IMG/VR virus record: IMGVR_UViG_3300045933_000229
Coordinates: 2,706 to 66,705 of that record
Origin: a virus
Direction: 5' to 3' (one strand)
Length of the DNA stretch: 64,000 bases
The notes below the pieces were generated by a model, which did no database searches, had not been told where the DNA came from, and worked only from the letters and a program-made list of their open reading frames with translations. Of the stretch, positions 1 through 7,708 are shown in pieces; position 1 is the first letter of the stretch; every line of letters begins with the position of its first letter. Made by a program: the position numbers and the translations under genes.

Positions 1-157
1 ACCCCCGATGATGAAGCACGCCCGCCCACCGCGCGCGCTGGAGATTCGCCCCCTGCCTACTCTTTTAGTGTAGCCGGTGGACCGGGGAAAGTTTAGGGGG
101 CTGTGGCGCCGTGGAAACGACTTTATTGAAAAATTGTCTTTTCGACCCTCGGGGGTA

Positions 158-186
158 TTGACAAGATCATGTCATAGCTTCACGAT
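158..186 (+). promoter_or_regulatory. sigma70-like promoter overlapping palindromic operator
   Basis: TTGACA (158-163), 17-nt spacer, CACGAT (181-186); palindrome TGACAAGATCATGTCA at 159-174. Confidence 0.65.
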
Positions 187-273
187 GGCGTCGCTTCCTG
201 ACGACAACGGCCCGTTGGCGGGGAGGGGAATCCACAGGTGGGCCAACCCAACTTTCATGAAAGGATCTACCAA

Positions 274-675
274 ATGAAGAAGTTGCTTCTCGTCTCGGCG
301 GCGCTCGCGTCGCTGTTCGCCGGTCAGGCGTTCGCCGCCTGCGCCGGGGTGAACGTCCTGGCTGGCAACTGCGTGCAGTCCGAAGCGGCCGTCGCCAACG
401 GCTCGACCGCTCAGGGCGCGCAGGCGATCCTCGGCTTCTCGGCCGGGACGGCGACGAACACGAGCGGCGCGCAGAACACCAGCGCGGCCGTCAGCACCCC
501 GCTCGGTTCGGCGTCGCAGTCCACCAGCCTCGGGCAGAACGTGTCCTCGCAGGCCGGTATCGCCCTCGGCGGCGCGATCGGCGCGCAGGGTGCGGCGGGC
601 GCTGGCGCAGCGGCGGGCAACGCCGTCGGCGTCGGCGGTTTCGGCATCAACGTGTTCGCGCTGCCGACCCCGTAA
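274..675 (+). CDS. secreted Gly/Ala/Ser/Gln/Asn-rich protein
   Basis: SD AAGGA; MKKLLLVSAALASLFAGQAFA signal peptide; low-complexity mature part with one Cys pair. Confidence 0.75.
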   Translation: MKKLLLVSAALASLFAGQAFAACAGVNVLAGNCVQSEAAVANGSTAQGAQAILGFSAGTATNTSGAQNTSAAVSTPLGSASQSTSLGQNVSSQAGIALGGAIGAQGAAGAGAAAGNAVGVGGFGINVFALPTP

Positions 676-687
676 CCAGCACGATCA

Positions 688-733
688 CCGGGCGGGGAGT
701 TTCCCTCCCTTTTATCCCCGCCCGGCCTTTTTC
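688..733 (+). terminator. intrinsic terminator-like hairpin
   Basis: CCGGGCGGGGA...TCCCCGCCCGG followed by a T-run. Confidence 0.55.
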
Positions 734-746
734 CTAGGAGACACAG

Positions 747-1496
747 ATGAACGCAGTCAAGATCGCCCTCGCCGTAGCCGCGGCGCTGGGCGTGAGCGTC
801 GCGAACGCTCAGAGCAACCAGCAAATCGGCGGCGCGAACGCGGCTGCGGCATCGCAGTCCGGAGCGCTGTCCGGTTCGTCCTCGGGCGCTGGCGCCGCCG
901 CCGTCATCGAGCAGAATTTCGAGGCGCCGGTCCAGCTTCGGGAAACGAAGAACACGCAGGATCTGAACTACAGCGGCACCTACACGATCCGCAACGTGCC
1001 GAACATCGCCCCGCCGAACATCCTGCCGACGTCGCCCTGCATGGGATCCTCGTCGCTGGGCCTCGGCATCAGCGGGTTCGGCATCGGCGGCGGTACGTCG
1101 TGGAAGGATGACGATTGCGGGTATCGCGAAACCGCGCGCGTCTTCCTGCAGGCCGGGCAGGCCGCTGACGGCATGGCGGTCCTTTGCTCCTCGCCCTACG
1201 CAGCTGCAGCGCCGACCTGCCAGAAGCTGAAACCGGCGACGCAACCGGCGAAGACGTCGGCGTGGGACAGCCCGAAGGAAACGACGATCCGCGACATGAA
1301 CGACCGCAACCGCACGGCGACCACGCTCTCCGGCATGACCAAGAGCGAGCAGGACACGGCGCTGACGAAGGCGGCGATGCAGCCGACGCTCGCGGAGCAG
1401 AAAGCGGCCAACTGCCGACTCGCCGGGGATGACACCATCCTGCGCGGTCGGTTCGGCTGCGACGGGATCTTCCAGCCCGTCACGCTTCGCCAGTAA
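747..1496 (+). CDS. secreted protein with SPCMGSS...GFGIGGG..WKDDDC..RETAR domain
   Basis: SD AGGAG; Sec signal peptide; Gly/Ser-rich N-terminus; Cys-containing core; function unknown. Confidence 0.75.
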   Translation: MNAVKIALAVAAALGVSVANAQSNQQIGGANAAAASQSGALSGSSSGAGAAAVIEQNFEAPVQLRETKNTQDLNYSGTYTIRNVPNIAPPNILPTSPCMGSSSLGLGISGFGIGGGTSWKDDDCGYRETARVFLQAGQAADGMAVLCSSPYAAAAPTCQKLKPATQPAKTSAWDSPKETTIRDMNDRNRTATTLSGMTKSEQDTALTKAAMQPTLAEQKAANCRLAGDDTILRGRFGCDGIFQPVTLRQ

Positions 1497-1508
1497 CCGG
1501 AGTCGATC

Positions 1509-1772
1509 ATGCGCATCCACTTCTGGCTCGCCATGATCGTGACGATGCTCGTCCTCGGTGCGGCTTACGGGCAGACGATGCCCCAGCAGCAGAATTGCAC
1601 CACGACGACCAGCGGCTCGATCAGTCACACGTACTGCGGCCCCCCGGTCGTGGTTCAGGTGCAGGCGCCAGCGGTGACGGTTCAGGCCCCGGCGGTCACG
1701 GTGCAACCCGCACCCGTGGTCGTGCAGCCCGCGCCGAAGCCGCAGGCCGTGGAGAAAAAGATCCGCGAGTAG
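1509..1772 (+). CDS. secreted protein with VTVQAPA repeats
   Basis: SD GGAG; signal peptide; Cys pair; (V/T)VQ(A/P)PA repeats. Confidence 0.65.
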   Translation: MRIHFWLAMIVTMLVLGAAYGQTMPQQQNCTTTTSGSISHTYCGPPVVVQVQAPAVTVQAPAVTVQPAPVVVQPAPKPQAVEKKIRE

Positions 1773-1858
1773 TCCCGGCGTAACCCTGACCCATCGGGGT
1801 GGCACCCGGGTCAGAACGCCGTTCATGCCCAAGGCCCTGCGCAAGCGGGGCCTTCCAC

Positions 1859-2062
1859 ATGAACCACTACAACCCCATCAAGCTGATGGCCGCGGTCCTC
1901 GGCGGCATCGGGATGTTCGGCACGCTGTCGGTGTTCAAGCGCGTGCTGTTCGGCCCGCCCGCGGCGACCGTCGATCTGATCGGCCCGATCTTCATTAGCG
2001 GGTGCCTGATCGGCGCGGCGTGGGTGCTGGTGGACATAGCCGCCAAGCGGGACCGCGAGTGA
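1859..2062 (+). CDS. small two-TM membrane protein
   Basis: MNHYNPIK start; two hydrophobic stretches. Confidence 0.55.
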   Translation: MNHYNPIKLMAAVLGGIGMFGTLSVFKRVLFGPPAATVDLIGPIFISGCLIGAAWVLVDIAAKRDRE

Positions 2063-2286
2063 TTCCTGCCGCCACGCTCGCCGTGCTGGGCACTAGCCGC
2101 CGCGTGATCGAGTTCGACGGCGACGGCCTCTACTACGTCGAAGGCCCCATGCTGATCGACCTTGAGGCGCTGATGCGTCGCCTCGGCACCGAGCGGCGCA
2201 TGGACGCCGACGAAATGCGCGACTGGATGAACCGGCTCCACGTTGGCCTGCGGGCGATCGAGGGGCTTAAGGTGGTGAGCGAATGA
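2059..2286 (+). CDS. hypothetical protein
   Basis: GTGA overlap with upstream stop; GC3-biased codons. Confidence 0.5.
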   Translation: MIPAATLAVLGTSRRVIEFDGDGLYYVEGPMLIDLEALMRRLGTERRMDADEMRDWMNRLHVGLRAIEGLKVVSE

Positions 2287-2609
2287 TCGAGGTGTTCCTG
2301 GCGTCGGCCACCATCTGCTTCCAAGGTGTCTGCTATCCGGCACTTGTCGGGCGCTCGACACCTCGCGGTGAATTCCCGGTCCAGCACCAGGTCACCCGTC
2401 TTCCGGGCTACGGTGGTGAGATCCTGACCTTCAAGGAAACAGCGCTCGATCGGTTCGCGATTCATCGCACGTGGCGGGGGCGCGAGAAGCTGTACGACCG
2501 GCCGAACGCCGAGCGCGTGGCGGTCACCAACGGCTGCATCAACGTCGAGCCGTCGGTGTTCGCCGCCCTCCTCAGCTGCTGTGCCAGCGCAACCGTGGTG
2601 ATCCGATGA
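2283..2609 (+). CDS. L,D-transpeptidase-like (YkuD fold) protein
   Basis: TPRGEF motif; AIHR...VTNGCINV resembles the H...(S/T)HGC catalytic motif. Confidence 0.7.
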   Translation: MIEVFLASATICFQGVCYPALVGRSTPRGEFPVQHQVTRLPGYGGEILTFKETALDRFAIHRTWRGREKLYDRPNAERVAVTNGCINVEPSVFAALLSCCASATVVIR

Positions 2610-2800
2610 TGAAGCTATCGACCGGCGACGACTCGACGCTGGGCAATTACCGGCGGCTGGCGGTGGTCGCCTTCGGCCCCACCTCCAAGGCGGTCGCCTA
2701 CCTCGACGAGAGGATCGCCGCCGAGGGGCCGGGCGGTCAGGTGATCGCTGACGAGCGTCAGGTGATCCAGCTGCTCGCGACGATCGACGCGAACGGGTAG
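2606..2800 (+). CDS. hypothetical phage protein
   Basis: ATGA-coupled start MMKLSTGDDSTLGNY. Confidence 0.55.
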   Translation: MMKLSTGDDSTLGNYRRLAVVAFGPTSKAVAYLDERIAAEGPGGQVIADERQVIQLLATIDANG

Positions 2801-2805
2801 CCCGG

Positions 2806-3072
2806 ATGCCGATCGACCGTAACAGCCCGTTCGTCAAGGCGATCATCGCCGACCGGGACAACATCGGCGACAAGATCAGAGCAGCGATCCCCGAGGGGGC
2901 GGTGTTCGCCCTGTTCGTGGCGGGCGACGACTTCGAGCAGGCGGCGCTCATCGCGAACATCCCGCCGGAGGACGTCTCGGCGATCGTGGGTGAGTGGCTC
3001 GCGAAAAAGGCGAGCGAGAGGATGCGGCTAGATGACGGCGACCCGACAGGCGGGTGCCCTAACAGGGAGTAG
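2806..3072 (+). CDS. hypothetical protein
   Basis: ORF with typical codon bias inside operon. Confidence 0.55.
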   Translation: MPIDRNSPFVKAIIADRDNIGDKIRAAIPEGAVFALFVAGDDFEQAALIANIPPEDVSAIVGEWLAKKASERMRLDDGDPTGGCPNRE

Positions 3073-3077
3073 CGACC

Positions 3078-3269
3078 ATGAAGGCGATTCTGGTGGTGGG
3101 GATCCTGACCGTGCAGAACGGCTGGGTGATCGACACGCAGCGGACCGAGGTGCTGGCGCCGACGATGGAGGCGTGCGAGCGGATGCGTCAGGCCGTCGTG
3201 CAGAAGAAGCAGGCGGCGAAGGCGACGAACTACTACGCGATCTGCCGCCCGGACTGGGTGCGGTCGTGA
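3078..3269 (+). CDS. hypothetical protein
   Basis: SD GGGAG; GC3 bias. Confidence 0.5.
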   Translation: MKAILVVGILTVQNGWVIDTQRTEVLAPTMEACERMRQAVVQKKQAAKATNYYAICRPDWVRS

Positions 3270-3550
3270 TCGAACACGGTCCCGAGCGCGAGGCGCTTGT
3301 CCTCGCGTACGTGGACGTCCTGGAGGAGTGCTTCGCCTACGCGCTGGCGGCGATGGCCGCGACCGACAAGCCGATGCACGACGCCCACATGGGCGCGCTG
3401 CGCGACGCGATGGCGAAGGGGATGCCCGCGATGGACCGGGCCGTCTCTGCCGGGGTCCGTTTCAACAAGCAGCCGCACCTCGACCAGCTGGGGAACGAGC
3501 TCCCCGGCCACCTGGCGCGGATTCTTCCGGGTTTGCCGACCAAACAGTGA
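3266..3550 (+). CDS. hypothetical protein
   Basis: GTGA-coupled start. Confidence 0.5.
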   Translation: MIEHGPEREALVLAYVDVLEECFAYALAAMAATDKPMHDAHMGALRDAMAKGMPAMDRAVSAGVRFNKQPHLDQLGNELPGHLARILPGLPTKQ

Positions 3551-3558
3551 GGTGACGA

Positions 3559-3879
3559 ATGCGCGTCAACGTCTATGCCGAGGAAATCACCCGTCGGGTG
3601 GAGATCGTCTCGAAGGAGGTGTCGGGCGAGGTGTTCACCGGGGTTCGCTTCTATCTGGAACTGCCGGTCACGCACGGGCAGATGCACGTGCGCGGGCCGT
3701 TCAAGCATCATGAGGGTGACGATGACTCGTCAGCAGTCACGTTTTGGGGGAAGCGCGACCTGCGCGAACTCCTCCTTCTCGGCTTGAAAGCCCTCGATGA
3801 ACACTACGAGCAGCGCGCTCCGCGCGCGCCGACGTCGGGCGTCGCGCCGATCGAGACACCGGAGAACGTGCTGCCGTAG
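3559..3879 (+). CDS. hypothetical phage protein
   Basis: SD GAGGTG; MRVNVYAEE...DDDSSAVTFW. Confidence 0.65.
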   Translation: MRVNVYAEEITRRVEIVSKEVSGEVFTGVRFYLELPVTHGQMHVRGPFKHHEGDDDSSAVTFWGKRDLRELLLLGLKALDEHYEQRAPRAPTSGVAPIETPENVLP

Positions 3880-3881
3880 CC

Positions 3882-4139
3882 TTGGGGTCTATCGCGGCTC
3901 GACCCACATAAACGTACCGCGCCCGGGGAATGTCAGCCCGGTGAAGTCGCACACGTCGGCGCTCTGACTGATCGAATGGGCGACGGGGGACTCGACTAAG
4001 GCCAGCCGGTCGCATCACCGGGACTTACGACCCCGGGGCCGTAGCCGACCGACCGAGAAAGCCGTTGCCCGCGGGTGCCGTCCGTGGGAGAACCGCCGAT
4101 CCTCAAGGGTGGACCGCTGAAACTGGGTCCGGACCCCAG
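3882..4139. ncRNA. candidate structured non-coding RNA
   Basis: ~260-nt gap between convergent genes; ends complementary (TGGGGTC / GACCCCA); several internal hairpins. Confidence 0.3.
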
Positions 4140-4140
4140 C

Positions 4141-4632
4141 TTAGTAGCCCCGTGGGATCGGCGGCAACTCCGAACCTGCCAGCAGTTCATCAACCGTCAG
4201 CCCGGCGGTGTAGTAGAAGTGCCAGACGCGCCGCACCCCCTGCGGCTTCAACTCGCGCCCGCCCCATTGCAGGTTCACGCGCGCGTCCTGCGCGACCTCG
4301 CCCATGATCGCCCACAGGCGCCACTCACCGATCGAGCGGGAGAACGAGAGCGGGATCCCGGCGAGCAGCGGGCAGGCGTCGAATGCGAGGCCGAGTTCGT
4401 GCAGGCTGCGCCCCGGCTCGTCCGGCGTCACCGTCTTGCCGAGCAGGTCGTGGGCGTTCGACATCGGCCCGGGCACCGTGCGCCCGATCGCGTAGCGCGC
4501 GGCTTGCTCCTCCCGCGTGCGCCGCGTCGAGAAGACGAGGACATCGACGCCACGCTCGTTGCAGATCGTGAGGAACCGCTGCGCCTTCAACTTCACGAAC
4601 GGGTGCAGCGACGCGAGGACGCCGGGCCGCAT
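4141..4632 (-). CDS. M15 family (L-Ala-D-Glu type) peptidase, endolysin-like
   Basis: RTREEQ..Y.IGRT..G and SLHELGLAFD (SxHxxGxAxD), WGG...H; start uncertain (4632 or 4686). Confidence 0.8.
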   Translation of the reverse strand: MRPGVLASLHPFVKLKAQRFLTICNERGVDVLVFSTRRTREEQAARYAIGRTVPGPMSNAHDLLGKTVTPDEPGRSLHELGLAFDACPLLAGIPLSFSRSIGEWRLWAIMGEVAQDARVNLQWGGRELKPQGVRRVWHFYYTAGLTVDELLAGSELPPIPRGY

Positions 4633-4760
4633 CGCAGGATGTTGACGGGCGACGTCGAATCCCGCAAGTTTCTCCCGGCGAGGCAATCGCCAGGATCAAG
4701 AAGGCAATCGCCAGGCAAAGAAGACGAGGGGCCACGAGCGACAACGAACCGGAGGGTGAG

Positions 4761-5378
4761 GTGACGAGATCCCGACACATCAGGTGGGCCGAGAAACAAG
4801 GAGATGTCGCCGACCAGGCTGGGACGACCAGGGGGACTGCTCCGCGGACCTCCCGGAGTAGTCGGCGCCGGAAGGCCAACCCGGAAACCCCGATCCTCGC
4901 CGCCTGCCTGTCGTACCTCAACTTGCACCCCTCGGTCGCGTGGGTCCGGCGGATCAACTCCGGGGCGGCGTTCATCAAGGGGCAATTCGTCAGCTTCGGC
5001 TTCACGGGCTGCGCCGACATCCTCGGGCAGATGACCCGCTCGTTCGGCGGCGCGTTCCTCGCCGTGGAGACGAAGGCCCCCGACGGGGAACTGACCGGGC
5101 CGCAGGAGAGTTTCCTGACCGACGTCGCCCGGGCGGGCGGCTTCGCGGCGGCGGTGAACAACGTGGCTGACCTCGACCGGGCGATGAACGACTGGAGACG
5201 GGGCTGGACTGGGACCGCAGGCTCATCTGGTGAGCCATACGTCATGGTGTCGAGAGCTCGTCAGGTTACCCCGCGGGCGCGGAAACGCTCGAACTCGTCG
5301 AGATCGAACCCTTCTTCCCCTGGCGGAGTCCCTCCTCGACGTCGGGGCGAAAAAAAACCCGGCACGGGGGCCGGGTGA
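4761..5378 (+). CDS. VRR-NUC domain nuclease
   Basis: GCADILG...AVETKAPDG.LT..Q..F PD-(D/E)XK signature. Confidence 0.8.
   Translation: MTRSRHIRWAEKQGDVADQAGTTRGTAPRTSRSSRRRKANPETPILAACLSYLNLHPSVAWVRRINSGAAFIKGQFVSFGFTGCADILGQMTRSFGGAFLAVETKAPDGELTGPQESFLTDVARAGGFAAAVNNVADLDRAMNDWRRGWTGTAGSSGEPYVMVSRARQVTPRARKRSNSSRSNPSSPGGVPPRRRGEKKPGTGAG
5350..5376 (-). terminator. intrinsic terminator of minus-strand cluster
   Basis: ACCCGGC/GCCGGGT stem with an A8 run on + (U-tract on -). Confidence 0.65.
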
Positions 5379-5396
5379 AAGGGGAGTCAGCGCGGG

Positions 5397-5861
5397 CTAG
5401 TTGGGCGGCGGCGTCGGGGTGGCGTCCTTCGGGTCGATCGGCTCGACGCCCTGCGCCTTGCACATGGCGACGATCTTGTCGATCAACTCGTCCGGGCAGT
5501 AGATCAGCGGGAGCGGCCTGCCGTCCCTCGCCTTCGGCCAGCCGCCGGTCAGCACCGCTTCGGCGGTCGCCAGCCTCAGGTGCATCACCGCGCCGGTCCG
5601 CTCGATGTCGCCCGGGTCGGCGTTTCGGTGCGGCTCGCGCTTCACGCCCACGAAGGCGACGTACCCGGCCGCGTACAGGTCGCGGTGTTCCTTGCACGGC
5701 GACCAGCCGGTGACGGTGTGCATATCGAAGGTTTCCCGCATCTTCGACCGGCCGGTGCGATGGTCGTAGGTCAGCCGGGTGTCCATGAGGATCGCCCCGG
5801 TGTCCTCGACCTTGCAGCAGACGGGGCAGGCAGCTTGCTCGATGGTCACGTAGGACTTCAT
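5397..5861 (-). CDS. hypothetical protein with CxxC motifs
   Basis: CPVCC and PCKEH motifs; SD GGAGG. Confidence 0.6.
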   Translation of the reverse strand: MKSYVTIEQAACPVCCKVEDTGAILMDTRLTYDHRTGRSKMRETFDMHTVTGWSPCKEHRDLYAAGYVAFVGVKREPHRNADPGDIERTGAVMHLRLATAEAVLTGGWPKARDGRPLPLIYCPDELIDKIVAMCKAQGVEPIDPKDATPTPPPN

Positions 5862-6915
5862 CGCGGCGTCCTCCCGGCGAGCGCGTTGCGGTAGGCCCCG
5901 GCGGCGTGTTCGCGGGCCGCGGCAATGTGCCCGAGACAGATGGGCGACAGGCCCGCGTCGCGCGCGTAGGTCGTAACCTCGTCCAGCCGGATGATGACGA
6001 GCGCGAGCATGGCCCGGCGCTCGGCCTCGATCAGATAGGGCGGGATGCCCGGGGTGTCTTTCAGGTTGGGTCGGTCGGGTGGCACGGACTTTACTCCTTC
6101 GTGACGATGAGAACGACGATCAGCGCGATGATGCCGAAGCCGATCGCCATGAAGTACCAGTCGGCGGCGAGCATCATCCGCGCGCCGACAGGCAGATATA
6201 CCCGGCCGGGAGCCTGACGATCGCCTGCGCCTCAAACGCGCGCGCGGCGGTGTAGCAGGCATCGGCCGAAGGGAAGAACTGCAGCGGGGTGCAGGTCTGG
6301 AAGTCCGCTGCGTTCACGCACAGGAACAGGATCGCGGCGGTCATCGGCCCACCCACTCGGCCAGCCGCCAGAACACCCACGCGCCCCCGTACATCATGAG
6401 GCCGATCGCGGCGAGCAGCCCGACGAGCAGCGCGAGCGCCATCGCCGGGCCGGGCAGGCCGCGCTCCTCGCGCTCCTCCGGGGTCAGGCGGCGCATGGTG
6501 CACGCTCCCGCAGCGCCACGATCACGCCGCTCGCCCAATCGTGCGCCTCGCCCTCGTTCGCGAAGCACCCGCTCGCCTGCGCGACCAGCTTCGCCCCCTC
6601 AAGCACCCGCGCGACGATCACCGGGGCGGGCGGGAAGCCGCCGTACAGCGTGACCACCTTCGCCTCAAGCGTCTTCATGCGGGGCGCTCCTGTTCGTGGA
6701 ACCTGCGGATGATCCGGTAGGCGAGTTTCAGGGCGGTCCGGCGGCTCACCCACACCGATACCTCTTTGCCGTAGACGTCGCGGACGTTGACGATGATGTT
6801 GGACTCGCCGCCCTGCGACCAGCGGACCTCTTGAACGTGCGAGCGGTCAGCCATTGGGATTCCCGGAGAAGTACCACGCGACGAACAGCAGCACGACGAT
6901 GATGGCCGCGGTCAT
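5858..6915 (-). other. cluster of short coupled hypothetical ORFs, several membrane-like
   Basis: overlapping stop/start junctions; hydrophobic N-termini (MTAAIL..., MTAAII...); boundaries not individually resolved. Confidence 0.45.
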
Positions 6916-7346
6916 GCGCCCCCCTTGCCGAACAGCCGACCAAGCGCGGCGTACAGCGCGCGCGCGTCGCGCTCGGTGACGGTCATCGTTTCGCGCTTGC
7001 CTACGGGCAGCGTGACGAGCAGGTCGCCCGCCTTGCCGATCCGCGGGCCGTGCGCGCGGTTGCGCGTGAGGCCGGGGGCGATCGGCTTGGACAGGCGCCC
7101 GGTCTGCAACTCGGCGGGCAGCGTGCGCACGACCGCGCGCCACACGGCGGGCCGCGTGCCGGTGTTGCGCTCGATCGCCTTGAAGTCGCGCAGCTTGGAC
7201 AGCGAGGAGGAAACCGTGCCCTCGGGCATCTTCGGCAGCGCCTTGCGGACCGCGTGGATGTCAAGCGGGCGGTCGGCGGCGGCGAGGACCGCGAACACGG
7301 CGGCGGCGGGGTTGTAGTTGGCGGGCGCGGAATCTGGCTCGGGCAT
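6912..7346 (-). CDS. winged-helix DNA-binding protein
   Basis: PLDIHAVRKALPKMPEGTVSSSLSKLRDFKAIER wHTH-like; promoter upstream. Confidence 0.55.
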   Translation of the reverse strand: MPEPDSAPANYNPAAAVFAVLAAADRPLDIHAVRKALPKMPEGTVSSSLSKLRDFKAIERNTGTRPAVWRAVVRTLPAELQTGRLSKPIAPGLTRNRAHGPRIGKAGDLLVTLPVGKRETMTVTERDARALYAALGRLFGKGGA

Positions 7347-7403
7347 GACGGACCTTTCTATGTGCGTTTGCGTTGCGCTCCCGGGATTGGGAACGCTCCC
7401 GGA

Positions 7404-7432
7404 ACTGTACTCCGAACGCAGGCCGCTGTCAA
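7404..7432 (-). promoter_or_regulatory. sigma70-like promoter
   Basis: minus-strand TTGACA, 17 nt, TACAGT; operator-like CAAGATCATG at 7430-7439. Confidence 0.65.
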
Positions 7433-7708
7433 GATCATGATCCGGGCCGGGGCGGGCCGCGGCGGTGCCATAGGGGGATCCGGTGCGGGCCGCTGGAGCG
7501 CGTTCAGGGGATTCTGGGGGATCCCACCGGCGGACATGGCCGGGCGGGGCGTTGCTTCGGGGGGTTGTGTCGGGATGCCGGCGGTGTCGGGAGTCCGTCA
7601 GGTCACCGGGCGGGGCGCAAATTCTCCGGAGCGAGCTCCAGGCGGCCGCCAGGCGAGCGGCTCAGGGGAGGAGGGGGGGGGCGGGGGCGTTGCACCCCCG
7701 CCCGGGGG

